From: Sphingomonadales bacterium
Lineage (GTDB): Bacteria; Pseudomonadota; Alphaproteobacteria; Sphingomonadales; Sphingomonadaceae
Direction: 5' to 3'
Length of the DNA stretch: 56,036 nt
Assembly: GCA_038210855.1 (NCBI GenBank)
Contig: JBBQWE010000001.1
Location: 1 to 56,036 of the forward strand
A program made the translations under genes and the position numbers. Under the pieces are notes generated by a model, which worked only from the letters and a program-made list of their open reading frames with translations, was not told the origin of the DNA and searched no databases. Positions 20,277-32,988 of the stretch are shown piece by piece; the first letter of the stretch is position 1, and each line of letters starts with the position of its first letter.

Positions 20277-21323
20277 CTATTGCACTTGCTCGCGCAGGGG
20301 ATCCGGCGCGAGTTGCCAGATCGGCGTTTTCGCCAGGCGGCCCGGCACTTCGCGGACGAAGCGCGGCACCAGATAGCCGGGCAGCGTGTCACGCAGCGCC
20401 TGTTCGAGCGCCAGCGCCTCGGCCAGCGGCACATCGAAATGGGCAGCCCCGGCGACGGGATCGAGCAGGTGCACGTAGTAGGGCAGCACGCCGCAGGCGA
20501 ACAGGCGCCGGCAATGCGCAACAAGCGCTTCGGCGCAGTCATTGACGCCGCGCAGCAGCACCGACTGGTTGAGCAGCGTAACGCCGGTGGCCCGCAGCGG
20601 CGCCAGCGCGGCCGCAACGACGCCGCCCAGTTCCTGCGCATGGTTGGTGTGAGTGACGATGACCACCGGAACCGGGCAAGCCGCCAGCATCGCCAATAGT
20701 GCCGGCGTCACTCGCGCCGGCACGGTGGTCAGCGTCCGGCTGTGCAGGCGGATCGACGCGAGGCCGGGCAATGCCGCCAGCCCGACGAGCAACCGCTCCA
20801 GCCGAGCGTCGGAAAGCGTCAGCGGATCACCGCCGGACAGGATGACCTCGGTAATCGCCGGATCGGCGGCGAGCGCCGCCAGCGCCGCATCGATCTCGGC
20901 GGCGGGCAGCATCGTCTCACCATAATCGCTGTGGCGGCGGAAACAGTAGCGGCAGTGGATGGCGCATGCGCCCGAGACCAGCAGCAGCGCCCGGCTGCCA
21001 TATTTGCGCAGGATCCCCTGGGAAGCGGTGAACCGCCGTTCTTCGAGAGGGTCCACGACACCCGGCGCATCGGTCAACGCCTCGGCCGGCCGTGCGAACA
21101 CCTGCAGCAGCAGCGGATCGGCCGGGTCACCGCGCCGGATCAACGAAAGAAAATGCGGCGGCACCTTCACCGGGAAATCACCGGCCCAGCCTTCCGGGCT
21201 GCCAGGTCCGAAGTCGCTGGCAACAAGGCCGACCCGGGCGAGGAAATCGGCCATGGTGAGCAGCGCTGCCCGGTGGTCGGCCTGCCAATCGGCGACAGGC
21301 AAAGAAAGTGCCTCAGCAAGCAT
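20277..21323 (-). CDS. KamA family radical SAM, EpmB-like lysine 2,3-aminomutase
   Basis: CAIHCRYCFRR, ILSGGDPL, NQSVLLRGVND, PYYVHLLD, C-terminal KTP. Confidence 0.88.
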   Translation of the reverse strand: MLAEALSLPVADWQADHRAALLTMADFLARVGLVASDFGPGSPEGWAGDFPVKVPPHFLSLIRRGDPADPLLLQVFARPAEALTDAPGVVDPLEERRFTASQGILRKYGSRALLLVSGACAIHCRYCFRRHSDYGETMLPAAEIDAALAALAADPAITEVILSGGDPLTLSDARLERLLVGLAALPGLASIRLHSRTLTTVPARVTPALLAMLAACPVPVVIVTHTNHAQELGGVVAAALAPLRATGVTLLNQSVLLRGVNDCAEALVAHCRRLFACGVLPYYVHLLDPVAGAAHFDVPLAEALALEQALRDTLPGYLVPRFVREVPGRLAKTPIWQLAPDPLREQVQ

Positions 21324-21398
21324 CGGGCTGGTCCATGCGAAAGGGGCTGCCGCTCTCGACGATCACGACAGCCGGCGCAAGCCCAGCAAGCTGGCCGA

Positions 21399-22721
21399 CT
21401 ATTTTTCCTTGCTGTTCAGGAACGCCGCCAGCGCATCATAGGCCGGGATCGTCACCGGGTTGATGGCGCGGTTGGTTGCGGTCGGGTGGCTGGCGAAACG
21501 CGCGATGACCATTTCGGCGGCCAGATCGATGTAAATGCCCTGGCCATGGATGCCGACCGCCATGACCTGGCCACCGGGCCGATGCCACCATTGGCTGGCA
21601 TAGGAACCGCCATCGAGGCCGGGGTAGCGCGCGCTGGCGAAGGCCGCGACATCGCCGGGCTTCAGGATGGCGGCGGCCACCGGCTTGGGCAGGATCTGCT
21701 GGCCGTGCCAGCGGCCGTTCTGGCGGATCATCTCGCCGAAGCGCGCCATGTCGCGCAGCGATGCCGTCAAGCCGCCGCCGGCGAATGCCGTGCCGCGACG
21801 ATCGACGGCGATGCCTGCATCTTCTTCCATCCCCATCCGCAGCCAAAAACGATCCTCGATCAGCCGGGCGACCGGTTCGCCGGTGATGCGCTCGATCACC
21901 CAGGCCAGCGCCTGGGTGTTGGGGGTGCGATAGGCGAAATCGCCGCCATGGCTGCCTGCCGGCCCGATCGTGGCGAGGAAATCGTACCAGCCATCGGGGC
22001 CACTGAAGCCGGGTGGCACCGGCACGCTGCCCCCGGCGATGCCCATGCGCGCGACATCGGTCAGGGTCGTCCCGCGTGCGGTATAATCTTCGTCGAAGGC
22101 CAGCCCGGTGCGCATGTCCATCACCTGCCGCACCGTCGCATCGCCGAAACCGCTGTTTGCCAGTTCCGGCACATAGGATGCGATCGGCCGCGCCGGATCG
22201 AGACGGCCTTCGGCGATCAGCAGTTCGGCGAGCGTGCCGATGAAGCTCTTGGTCACCGAAAAGGCGATATGCTGCCCGCCCGGCGCCAGCGCACCGAAAT
22301 AGCGTTCATAGACGATCCGCCCCCTGTGCAGCACGACGATGCCATCGGTGTAGTTCAGCCCGAGCGAATCGGCCCAGCTGACTTCCTGGCCGCGCAGCGT
22401 CTTGAAGCGCAGCGTGTCGATGTCGATCCGGTCCTTGCGGGCAAGGTCGCTGATCGGGCCGGTGCCACGGCGGATGCCGACGGTCGGCACCAGTTCGCGC
22501 CAGTGCGAAAAGCTCCAGCGGGTATTGGGGAAGGCCCACATCGAGCCATTGTCGAAGCGCGCCTGCTTGCCCGCCGTTGCCGGAAACCCCTGCATCAGGC
22601 CAAGGGCGCCGGGCGTGCTTTCGGCCGCACCGAGCGGCGGCGTCTGCGCCGGAACCTGGGCGGCGGCGCCAGTGGCGGTGGCAATCGTGGCGGCAAGCAA
22701 AAGGCCCAAGACGCGGATCAT
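21399..22721 (-). CDS. Secreted serine hydrolase, beta-lactamase fold (NylB-like)
   Basis: Signal peptide; RWSFSHWRELVPT, SVTK, FAYRT, GIHGQ; ATG 22721. Confidence 0.9.
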   Translation of the reverse strand: MIRVLGLLLAATIATATGAAAQVPAQTPPLGAAESTPGALGLMQGFPATAGKQARFDNGSMWAFPNTRWSFSHWRELVPTVGIRRGTGPISDLARKDRIDIDTLRFKTLRGQEVSWADSLGLNYTDGIVVLHRGRIVYERYFGALAPGGQHIAFSVTKSFIGTLAELLIAEGRLDPARPIASYVPELANSGFGDATVRQVMDMRTGLAFDEDYTARGTTLTDVARMGIAGGSVPVPPGFSGPDGWYDFLATIGPAGSHGGDFAYRTPNTQALAWVIERITGEPVARLIEDRFWLRMGMEEDAGIAVDRRGTAFAGGGLTASLRDMARFGEMIRQNGRWHGQQILPKPVAAAILKPGDVAAFASARYPGLDGGSYASQWWHRPGGQVMAVGIHGQGIYIDLAAEMVIARFASHPTATNRAINPVTIPAYDALAAFLNSKEK

Positions 22722-22823
22722 CGGAAAACTCCCCCCTTCATCGTGGCGGCAGCGTAAGGACGATACGCCGCGCCAGCAACTGCGCCTGTGGCGAGCGGGG
22801 CGGGATTCCGCTAGGGTCGGGCG

Positions 22824-23384
22824 ATGAATGCACCCGCCCTTACCCGGCCGCAACGGGCCCGCCTGCGCATCGAGGATTTCCTGCTGCTCCAGTCGAGCGG
22901 CGCCTTTGCCGATGCATCGAGAACGGAACTGCTGGACGGGGACATTTATTGCATGAATTCGCAGTTCCAGCGGCACAGCTATGTAAAGAGCGAGATCGCT
23001 TTCCGATTTCGCGAGGCGATCGCCGGTTCCGGCCTGTTGGTGCTGGTCGAAGCCGCAGTGGCAATGCCGCCGCACGACCTGCCGGAACCCGATGTGACCA
23101 TCATGCAAGGCCCGATCGGCACCGGGAGCGTTTCACTCTCCGCGGTGCGCCTTCTCGTCGAAGTCAGCGATACGACCCTCGACATCGATCTCGGCCGCAA
23201 GGCGGCGCTGTATGCCCGCAACGGCGTGGCCGAATATTGGGTCGCCGATATCGAAGGCCGGCAGATCTGGGTGCACCGTGAGCCGGCGGGTAACGGCTAT
23301 GCCCGCCGCGAGACCGCGGCCATGGGCGAACCGGTCGAAGCAACCACCCTCGGGGTGAGCATCGCCACCGACGGCCTCGTCTGA
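22824..23384 (+). CDS. Uma2 family (DUF820) endonuclease-like protein
   Basis: ELLDG, PEPDV, LVEVSDTTL, KAALYARNGVAEYWVAD. Confidence 0.92.
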   Translation: MNAPALTRPQRARLRIEDFLLLQSSGAFADASRTELLDGDIYCMNSQFQRHSYVKSEIAFRFREAIAGSGLLVLVEAAVAMPPHDLPEPDVTIMQGPIGTGSVSLSAVRLLVEVSDTTLDIDLGRKAALYARNGVAEYWVADIEGRQIWVHREPAGNGYARRETAAMGEPVEATTLGVSIATDGLV

Positions 23385-23983
23385 TGATGACACCGGACGA
23401 AGCAGCCGGGCTGGCTGCGGATGTCTGGACGCTGCTCGTCCGCGGCGCCGGGGATCGCAAGAGCCCGATGCACACGCCCGTCGTCGCCAGTGTCGATGGC
23501 GATGGCCTGCCGCAGGCGCGGGTGATGGTGCTTCGGCGGGCCGATACCGCCGCCGCCACACTGCGCTTTCACACCGACTCGCGATCGCCGAAAGTCGCGG
23601 AGCTCGACGGCCGTGCCGTCAGCGTGCTGGCCTATCATCCAGGCCAGGCGGTGCAGCTTCGCCTCGCCGGCACGGCGGCGGTGCTTACCGACGATCCGCT
23701 CGCCGAAGCGGCGTGGAGCGCATCGACGGCGTTCGCACGGCGCTGCTACCTGACCGAAGCGGCGCCGGGGACGCCATCGCCGCTGCCGACGTCGGGATTG
23801 CCAGCAGCGATCGAGGGCCAGCAGCCGAGCCTCGACGACCTGGTGCCGGCGCGGCCGAATTTCGCCATCGTGCGGATCGCCGTGACCGCGATCGACTGGC
23901 TGCATCTTGCCAACAGCGGCCATCGCCGGGCTTTGCTGACCCGCGACGATGCCGGCTGGCAGGGGCAGTGGCGGGTGCCCTGA
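23384..23983 (+). CDS. Pyridoxamine 5'-phosphate oxidase-related FMN-binding protein
   Basis: ARVMVLR, FHTDSRSPK, QLRLAG, DWLHL..GHRRA. Confidence 0.88.
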   Translation: MMTPDEAAGLAADVWTLLVRGAGDRKSPMHTPVVASVDGDGLPQARVMVLRRADTAAATLRFHTDSRSPKVAELDGRAVSVLAYHPGQAVQLRLAGTAAVLTDDPLAEAAWSASTAFARRCYLTEAAPGTPSPLPTSGLPAAIEGQQPSLDDLVPARPNFAIVRIAVTAIDWLHLANSGHRRALLTRDDAGWQGQWRVP

Positions 23984-24014
23984 TCGATTGCCCGTCGATG
24001 CCCGCGCCGCGGGC

Positions 24015-25694
<1,680 letters not shown>

Positions 25695-25780
25695 GGCGGG
25701 CTCCAGCAGTTCGAAATTGGTGGGTACCAGCGCGCTCTAGCCGATGGCCCGCGCGAGTTCAAAGGGGGCGTGTGCGAGTC

Positions 25781-26458
25781 TCAGCGCTCCGGCGCCGGGC
25801 AGGTCCGGCGCAGCTGCAGGACCTGGCTGGCGCTGGACCCGCCGGGCAGCGTCGCGGTGATTGCCAGTTCGGCGGGAGCGTCCGGGCCGATGGCAAGTCG
25901 GACGAGCCGGCAATCCGGCGCGAGACAGGCGCGTACCACGGGGTTTTCCGACACCGGCACCGCTTCGGCGGTATCGAACAGGCTGGTCAGCTGCACATCT
26001 TCGCCTGGTGCGGCAGCGACCGCCACCTCGCGCCAGCCGATGTTGGCGCCGCGCAGTGCCAGCACGGTGGTGATGGTACGCGGTCGGCACGAAGGCGCCG
26101 GGCGGCGCCGGTCCGGCAGCGCCGCGATCGGCCCCAATGCCAGCCGCGCATAGCATTCGGCACGTGGCCGGCCGGGGCCGGCAACCAGCCCGCCGACGCA
26201 CGACGGCAGCCGGCGTTTCAGATCGAGCGTAAAATCATCCGGGCATTGCAAGCCGCGTTCGGGCGTCGGCTGGGCGGGGACGACCTGCGCCGGCGCCGCC
26301 ACTGCCACCTGCCCCGCATCCGGCAGGGCAGCGCACGGCGACGACGTGTCGATGGTGGTGATCGCGGGCGACGCGGCGGCGGGCTTCGGCGCCCGCACCG
26401 GCTGGGCCAGCGAGGTCGCCGGCAGGAGGATCAGGCCGAGCAGAAGGGAACCGCGCAT
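25781..26458 (-). CDS. Hypothetical secreted protein with 8 Cys
   Basis: Signal-like MRGSLLLGLILLPATSLA, Pro/Ala-rich linker; fills the gap between sod and ettA. Confidence 0.6.
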   Translation of the reverse strand: MRGSLLLGLILLPATSLAQPVRAPKPAAASPAITTIDTSSPCAALPDAGQVAVAAPAQVVPAQPTPERGLQCPDDFTLDLKRRLPSCVGGLVAGPGRPRAECYARLALGPIAALPDRRRPAPSCRPRTITTVLALRGANIGWREVAVAAAPGEDVQLTSLFDTAEAVPVSENPVVRACLAPDCRLVRLAIGPDAPAELAITATLPGGSSASQVLQLRRTCPAPER

Positions 26459-26515
26459 GAACGCATTGCCCATACGCAGCCCCTGCCGGTCAACTATGCC
26501 TGCCACGTGCGCCGG

Positions 26516-27148
26516 TCAGGCGTTGGCGAAATTCCGGCCGGCGAAATCCCAGTTCATGTGGCTTTCGACCAGCGCCTTCACATGATCGGGTCGGCGGTTC
26601 TGGTAATCGAGATAATAGGCATGTTCCCAGACATCGACGGTAAGCAGCGGCACCTGGCCGTGGACGAAGGGCACATCGGCATCTTCGGTGCTCACCGCCT
26701 TCAGCTTGCCGTTCTCGACGACCAGCCAGCCCCAGCCGGTGCCGAACTGCGCAATGCTCGCTTCGGCAAGCGCTGTCTTGCAGGCGTCGAGGCTACCGAA
26801 ATCGCGGTCGATCGCTGCCGCCAGATCACCGGTCGGTGCCTGACGTTCGGCGGACAAACTGTTCCAGTAGAAATTGTGGTTCCACGCTTGCGCCGCATTG
26901 TTGAAGATCTTGCGCTGGCCGGCGTCGGTCGCCGTCGCGACGATAATTTCTTCCAGCGTGCGGTCGGCCATCGGCGTGTCGCCGACCAGCTTCATCAGCG
27001 TGTCGAAATAGCCCTGGTGGTGCTTGCCATAATGGAACGCCAGCGTGTTTGCCGACACGACGGGCTCCAGAGCCGTGTCGGCGAACGGCAGCGGCGGCTG
27101 GGCGAGGGGGGAACGGCCGATCCGATCGGCATTGATGGCGGTGGGCAA
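26516..27148 (-). CDS. sodB: Fe superoxide dismutase
   Basis: HYGKHH, FNNAAQAWNH, QFGTGWGWL, DVWEHAYY; TTG start 27148 behind GGAG. Confidence 0.93.
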   Translation of the reverse strand: MPTAINADRIGRSPLAQPPLPFADTALEPVVSANTLAFHYGKHHQGYFDTLMKLVGDTPMADRTLEEIIVATATDAGQRKIFNNAAQAWNHNFYWNSLSAERQAPTGDLAAAIDRDFGSLDACKTALAEASIAQFGTGWGWLVVENGKLKAVSTEDADVPFVHGQVPLLTVDVWEHAYYLDYQNRRPDHVKALVESHMNWDFAGRNFANA

Positions 27149-27229
27149 GGTTCGGTCTCCGGATACGATGTTCTGTGAACCCGGGTGCCGATGGCGCGGT
27201 TCCACGCGCGCCAGCGTGTCGCAGTGCGA

Positions 27230-28561
27230 TCAGTGCAGCTTCAGCTTCGGCCGGACCACCTGGTTGACGTGCCCGACAAGCACCAGGCTGATGCCCTTCA
27301 CCCAGCCATGAATGGCAAGCAGGTGCATCCGATATAGCGAGGTGTAGATCAACCGTGCCAGCCGGCCTTCAATTGCCATGCGGCCGCCGACGAGATTGCC
27401 CATCAGGCTGCCGACGGTCGAATAGCGTGCCAGGCTGACGAGGCTGCCCTTGTCGCGATAGATGAAGGGCTTCAACGGCTTGCCGTCGATCAGCGCGCGG
27501 ATGTTGCGATACGCCGCATCGGCCATCTGGTGCGCCGCCTGGGCGCGCGGCGGGATTGGCCGCGTCTCGCCTTCGGGCACATAATGGGCGCAATCGCCGA
27601 TGGCGAAAATGCGATCGTCGCGGCTGGTCTGCATCGTCGGCCGCACCACCAGCGTGTTGCCGCGCGTGGTTTCCAGACCGGCAATGTCCTTGAGCAGATC
27701 GGCACCCTTCACGCCGGCGGCCCAGACCATCAGGTCCGACGGGATGATCTCGCCGTTCTTGGTGTGGATGGCATCGGCGGTGACGGCGGTTACCGGCGTT
27801 GCGGTCAGCACGCGCACGCCGAGGTTCTCGAGCTCCGCCGTTGCTGCTGCGGCAAGCTTGTCGGGCAGTGCCGGCAGGATGCGCGGGCCGGCCTCGATCA
27901 GCGTGACCTGCAGCCGCTTGCCGTCAAAAACCTCCAGCCCGTAATAGCCGAGCGCGTCTGCAGCCGAATAGAGTTCGGCGGCCAGTTCCACCCCCGTTGC
28001 GCCGCCGCCGACGATGGCGACCCGCGCATAGGCATCGGCATGGGGATCGACGCTCAACTGCCGCGAAACGCGCAGGCACTGGTTGAGCAGCTTGCGGCGA
28101 AAGCGGTCGGCCTCGCGCCGGCTGTCGAGTGCCAGGCAATTTTCGCGCACGCCGGGCGTGCCGAAATCGTTGGAAACGCTGCCGATCGCCAGAACGAGAT
28201 AATCGTAGCGGATGCGATGGCGGGCAACGACCTCGCTGCCATCCTCGTCGAGGATCGGCGCGACGACGATCTGCCGCGCCTCGCGATCGATCGATTCGAG
28301 CGCACCGTCGAAATAACGATAGCCCCAGCGAAAGGCATGGCCACGGTAGCCGACCTCATCGAGGTTCGCGTCGAGGCTGCCGGCGGCGACCTCGTGCAGC
28401 AGCGGCTTCCAGATATGGCTGGAATTTCGATCGACGAGAATGATGTCATATTCGGAACGGCCGAAATGCGCGCCGAGCCGGGTGACAAGCTCGAGCCCGC
28501 CCGCCCCGCCGCCGACGACGACGATCTGGGTTTTCTTGCCGTCTGGTCGCCGCCCGGGCAT
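27230..28561 (-). CDS. ndh: Type II NADH dehydrogenase
   Basis: GGGAGG, HIWKPLLHEVAAG, GGGATGVELAAE, PPRAQAAHQ, C-terminal PKLKLH. Confidence 0.92.
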   Translation of the reverse strand: MPGRRPDGKKTQIVVVGGGAGGLELVTRLGAHFGRSEYDIILVDRNSSHIWKPLLHEVAAGSLDANLDEVGYRGHAFRWGYRYFDGALESIDREARQIVVAPILDEDGSEVVARHRIRYDYLVLAIGSVSNDFGTPGVRENCLALDSRREADRFRRKLLNQCLRVSRQLSVDPHADAYARVAIVGGGATGVELAAELYSAADALGYYGLEVFDGKRLQVTLIEAGPRILPALPDKLAAAATAELENLGVRVLTATPVTAVTADAIHTKNGEIIPSDLMVWAAGVKGADLLKDIAGLETTRGNTLVVRPTMQTSRDDRIFAIGDCAHYVPEGETRPIPPRAQAAHQMADAAYRNIRALIDGKPLKPFIYRDKGSLVSLARYSTVGSLMGNLVGGRMAIEGRLARLIYTSLYRMHLLAIHGWVKGISLVLVGHVNQVVRPKLKLH

Positions 28562-28762
28562 TGTCTCATCCTTGTTGCACTGCACCCATAGCCGGCAATC
28601 GGCGCCAGCCCAAGGGCGCCGGCGCCGCGCTTGTGGGCAAGGACGCTGGCGGCGTGACGACGACGATCGATGCGTTGACCCAGAAGTGCGCCGGCGGTTC
28701 AGGCTCCGCAGAACGACTGCCAAAGCCTAGCCCCTCTGCCCACCCTCGGCTACAGCGCGGAC

Positions 28763-30961
28763 ATGAGCCCGAGCCCTGCCGAAATCACCCCCGCCATCGT
28801 CGCCGACCATGGCCTCAGTCCCGAGGAGTATGGCCGGATCGTCGCAGCAATGGGGCGAGTGCCGAACCTGCTCGAACTCGGCATTTTCTCGGTGATGTGG
28901 TCGGAACATTGTTCCTACAAATCGTCGCGCATCCACCTCGCCAAGCTGCCGACGTCAGCGCCCTGGGTGATCTGCGGTCCCGGCGAAAATGCCGGCGTCA
29001 TCGATATCGGCGACGGCCCTGATGGAACGAAATATGCCGCGATCTTCAAGATGGAAAGCCACAACCACCCAAGCTTCATCGAGCCTTATCAGGGTGCGGC
29101 AACCGGCGTCGGCGGCATCCTGCGCGATGTCTTCACCATGGGAGCGCGGCCGATCGCCAACATGAACGCGCTGCGCTTCGGCGAGATCGACGCGCCGCGG
29201 ATGCGCCATCTGATCAAGGGCGTCGTCGCCGGCATCGGCGGCTATGGCAATTGCGTCGGCGTGCCGACGGTGGGCGGCGAAACCAATTTCCACAAGGCCT
29301 ACAATGGCAACATCATCGTCAACGCGATGACGGTGGGCATCGCGCGGGCAGACAAGATCTTCTATTCGGCCGCCGCCGGCATCGGCAATCCGGTCGTCTA
29401 TGTCGGATCGAAAACCGGCCGCGACGGCATCCATGGCGCCACCATGGCATCGGCCGAATTCGACGAGAACAGCGATGAAAAGCGCCCCACCGTTCAGGTC
29501 GGTGACCCGTTCACCGAAAAGCTGCTGATCGAGGCATGCCTCGAACTGATGGCATCCGATGCCATCGTCGCCATCCAGGACATGGGCGCTGCCGGGCTGA
29601 CCTCGTCATCGGTCGAGATGGCGTCGAAGGGCGGCGTCGGCATAAGGCTCGATCTCGACAAGGTGCCGTGCCGCGAGACGGCAATGCTGCCCTATGAAAT
29701 GATGCTTTCCGAAAGCCAGGAACGCATGCTGATGGTGCTGAAGCCGGGGCGCGAAGCCTTTGCCGAAAGCATCTTCCGCAAATGGGAACTGGATTTCGCG
29801 GTGATCGGCGAGGTTGTCGCCGGCGACAGGCTGACGATGACGTTCCATGGCGAGATCGTCGGCGAAATCCCGCTCGGCCCGCTGGCCGACGAAGCGCCGA
29901 AATATGACCGGCCGTCAGTGCCCACGCCCGCGCGCGAACCGCTCGCCGACGTGCCGGAATCGACCGATATCGCTGCCGACCTGCTGAAATTGCTGGCGTC
30001 GCCCGACCTGTGCTCGAAGCGCTGGATCTGGGAACAGTACGACCACATGGTCGGCGCCGACACGCTGCAGCGGCCGGGCGGCGACGCTGCGGTGGTGCGC
30101 GTGCATGGCACGGGCAAGGCGCTGGCGATCACCACCGATTGCTGCCCACGCTATTGTTTCGCCGACCCGTTCGAGGGCGGCAAGCAGGCGGTGGCCGAAA
30201 GCTGGCGCAACCTCGTTGCGGTCGGCGCCAAGCCGCTCGCCATCACCAACTGCCTCAACTTCGCGTCCCCGCAGAACCCGGTGATCATGGGCCAGTTGAT
30301 CGGCTGCATCGAGGGCATGGCCGAGGCTTGCCGCGCGCTCGATTACCCGGTCGTTTCGGGCAATGTCAGCCTGTACAACGAAAGCCGCGCGACCGGCGGC
30401 GGCAACGCCATCCTGCCCACCCCGGCGATCGGCGGCGTCGGGCTGATCGCGGACTACAGCCGGCAGATGACGATGGGGTTCAAGGCGGCCGGCGAGGAAC
30501 TCTGGCTGATCGGCGCAGCGGAGCCGCATCTCGGCCAGTCGCTGTGGTTGCGGGAATGCCATTTCCGGGAAGACGGGCCGCCGCCGCCCGTCGATCTTTC
30601 CGCCGAACGCGCCGTCGGCGAATTCGTCGCGACGATGATCGCCGATGGCGTGGTGTCGTCGGTGCACGACGTTTCGGATGGCGGCGTGCTGGTTGCCGTG
30701 GCAACGATGGCACTTGCCGGCGGGATCGGCGCCGGCATCGAATTGCCGCTGGACGCCGGTGCGGCGTTCGGGGAGGGCCAGGGTCGCTATCTGGTCACCC
30801 TGCGGCCGGGTGTTCGCCTGTCCGCCGCGCCGGTGCCGGCGTTGCGCATCGGCAGTACGGGGGGCGATAGCCTGCAGATCGCCGGGCAGATCGTGCCGCT
30901 TGCCGACTTGCGAGCCGCGCATGAAGGGTCGCTGCCGCGGCTGCTGGCGGGTGGGGTCTGA
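28763..30961 (+). CDS. purL: Phosphoribosylformylglycinamidine synthase subunit PurL
   Basis: [32 protein letters not shown]. Confidence 0.98.
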   Translation: MSPSPAEITPAIVADHGLSPEEYGRIVAAMGRVPNLLELGIFSVMWSEHCSYKSSRIHLAKLPTSAPWVICGPGENAGVIDIGDGPDGTKYAAIFKMESHNHPSFIEPYQGAATGVGGILRDVFTMGARPIANMNALRFGEIDAPRMRHLIKGVVAGIGGYGNCVGVPTVGGETNFHKAYNGNIIVNAMTVGIARADKIFYSAAAGIGNPVVYVGSKTGRDGIHGATMASAEFDENSDEKRPTVQVGDPFTEKLLIEACLELMASDAIVAIQDMGAAGLTSSSVEMASKGGVGIRLDLDKVPCRETAMLPYEMMLSESQERMLMVLKPGREAFAESIFRKWELDFAVIGEVVAGDRLTMTFHGEIVGEIPLGPLADEAPKYDRPSVPTPAREPLADVPESTDIAADLLKLLASPDLCSKRWIWEQYDHMVGADTLQRPGGDAAVVRVHGTGKALAITTDCCPRYCFADPFEGGKQAVAESWRNLVAVGAKPLAITNCLNFASPQNPVIMGQLIGCIEGMAEACRALDYPVVSGNVSLYNESRATGGGNAILPTPAIGGVGLIADYSRQMTMGFKAAGEELWLIGAAEPHLGQSLWLRECHFREDGPPPPVDLSAERAVGEFVATMIADGVVSSVHDVSDGGVLVAVATMALAGGIGAGIELPLDAGAAFGEGQGRYLVTLRPGVRLSAAPVPALRIGSTGGDSLQIAGQIVPLADLRAAHEGSLPRLLAGGV

Positions 30962-31048
30962 AGGTGTCACGCCGGGCTCGATGCGGAGCCGGGCCGAGGT
31001 TCGAAACCGGATCGCACGCGGGGCGGACCCCGGGTGCGCCAACCCTTC

Positions 31049-31474
31049 CTAAAGCTTCGGCGTCGCCCGCAGGATGATCATCGCCGCCACCGCCAGCAGC
31101 AGGATCGCCGAGGCTTCGAAGACGATGTTCTGCGGCGCCATTTCCTTGCCCTGCAGCACGATCAGCCGCGCCAGAGCGGTGATGGCGATGAAGATCGGAT
31201 AGACGAAGGGCGACCCCGTGCTCGTGTAAAATACGGCAATCATCGCAATCACTTCGGTGTAGAGGAACATCAGCAGGATATCGGCAAGGTTGACCGATTG
31301 TGCCTGCCAGACACGGCCAAGCTCGACCCCCACCGCTCCCAGCGTCATCACGGCGATGACGACAAGCAGCAGCCGCTCCAACCGGCGAAAGCCGGCAAGT
31401 GCAACGGCTTTTTCACCCGAAGACATTCCGGAAGGTTCGGCGACATTCCGCGCCGGCGGTTCGTTGTTGTTCAT
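31049..31474 (-). CDS. Phosphate-starvation-inducible PsiE family membrane protein
   Basis: LADILLMFLYTEV, PIFIAITALARLI; four TM segments; start approximate. Confidence 0.88.
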   Translation of the reverse strand: MNNNEPPARNVAEPSGMSSGEKAVALAGFRRLERLLLVVIAVMTLGAVGVELGRVWQAQSVNLADILLMFLYTEVIAMIAVFYTSTGSPFVYPIFIAITALARLIVLQGKEMAPQNIVFEASAILLLAVAAMIILRATPKL

Positions 31475-31614
31475 GACCGCGCACATAGCATTGCAGCCGC
31501 TCGCCGCAGCGCGATTTCTTCACAACCGATCATTTCGTTGCCAGTCTTGATCGCGTCCGGTTTCGGCGCCATTTCAATTGTGGCGGCCGATGCCGCCGGA
31601 GTGCAGGCACGCCC

Positions 31615-32046
31615 ATGGCCACAGGTTTCGAAGCTTTCGACAAAACCGCTGCCGTCAATGCCGTCCGGCGGTTGGGCGGGCGCGACGCGGCGGCTACCCG
31701 GGCGCGCCTCGCCATGCTCGAACGCGTGCTGGAACGCGCCTTCATCATTCCGGGGCTCAACCGGCCGATCGGGCTCGATGCGATCGTCGGTTTCGTACCG
31801 ATCGGCGGCGACGTGATCGCCGGGTTGATCGGCACCTATCTGGTATGGGAAGCGCGCAACCTCGGGCTGCCGCGCTGGCAGTTGATCCGCATGATGGCCA
31901 ATGTCGGGATCGATACGACGCTTGGTGCCGTTCCGCTGGTGGGCGATGTCTTCGATTTCCTGTTCCGATCGAATTCGAAGAACCTGCGCATCATCAAGCG
32001 ACATCTCGACAAGCACCATCCGGAGATGGTGCCTGTCACCGCCTGA
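31615..32046 (+). CDS. DUF4112 domain protein
   Basis: GLDAIVGFVPIGGD, GAVPLVGDVFDFLFRSNSKN. Confidence 0.92.
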   Translation: MATGFEAFDKTAAVNAVRRLGGRDAAATRARLAMLERVLERAFIIPGLNRPIGLDAIVGFVPIGGDVIAGLIGTYLVWEARNLGLPRWQLIRMMANVGIDTTLGAVPLVGDVFDFLFRSNSKNLRIIKRHLDKHHPEMVPVTA

Positions 32047-32112
32047 GCAGCGGCCGCCGCCAGCACCATGGCTGCCGGCGGCCCGTCAGCCGACACGCGG
32101 CACATCAGCCGA

Positions 32113-32988
32113 TCAGCAGGTGACCATCCGGCGCTGGCGCCGCTGCATGGCGCCGGTCGCGCCGAAGCCCGGGATCAGCATCGCCCAGCTGGCCGGTTCC
32201 GGAACCGCGCCCGAAATGCCGGCAAAGCCCGAACTGCCGAAATCATCGCGGCCGCTGTCGAGATCGCCGCTGCCGCGACAGTCCTGCGACACCCGATTGC
32301 CATCGAGGGTGACACTGCCGCCAAGCGCGATGGCGCGCCCGCACAGGATGCCGGCCCCGGTGTTGAGGAGGATGGAGGTTGCGGCGATGATGTTGCCGGC
32401 AAAGCGCGACCCGGTGCCCAGCGTGGCCGAACCGCCGATATTCCAGAACACCCCGCTGGCATTGTCGCCGCCCAGCACGAGCACATTCGACTCGCTGGCC
32501 GTCGTGAGTGCGCTGCCGACCTGGAACACGAAGGCCGAATTGCTGGCACCGGTGAAATTCAGCGTCAGCGTGCCGGTCAGCATCGCGGTGCTGCCGAACC
32601 GGTACACTCCGGGCGTCAGCACGAGCCCGCCGAGATCCTGGCCGGTCAGGTCGACGGCGAACGGCAAAGCCGCAAGCGCTGCCGCCGCAAGCGCTGCATC
32701 GGTGGCCGCCAGTGCTGCCGCTGCATTGGTCTGGTGCAGATCGCCGGCAAGCGTGAGGGTTTCAAGACCGGTGATCGCGGTTCCCGGGCTGACGCCGAGA
32801 TCGCCGAAGATTCGCGTGATGCCGGTGTCGGTGACAGTTGTCGCGCCGAAAACGGCGAAATCGCTCGCCGAACCAAGCCGACCCGCGGCGGCTGCCGGCG
32901 CGGCGGCTGCGAATAACGATGTCAGGCAAATTGTACTACAGGACAGGATTCATTTCGTAAGCGCTACGTTTTTTGGTCTCGCTACCAT
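32113..32988 (-). pseudogene. Ice-binding protein (DUF3494) with PEPxxWA-CTERM tail, interrupted by in-frame TGA at codon 13
   Basis: AAGGAGG then ATG 32988: MVARPKNVALTK*ILSC...LGSASDFAVFGATTVTDTG...GDLGVSPGTAITG, same frame as LTPGVY, FVFQVGSALTT, SATLGTG, VPEPASWAML. Confidence 0.85.

Noticed and set aside
22824-23384. Uma2 nuclease as a defence system
   Set aside because: Common stand-alone family; no methylase or other defence partner adjacent
32950-32952. Selenocysteine decoding of the TGA
   Set aside because: Lies in a signal peptide with no catalytic context, and no convincing SECIS hairpin follows
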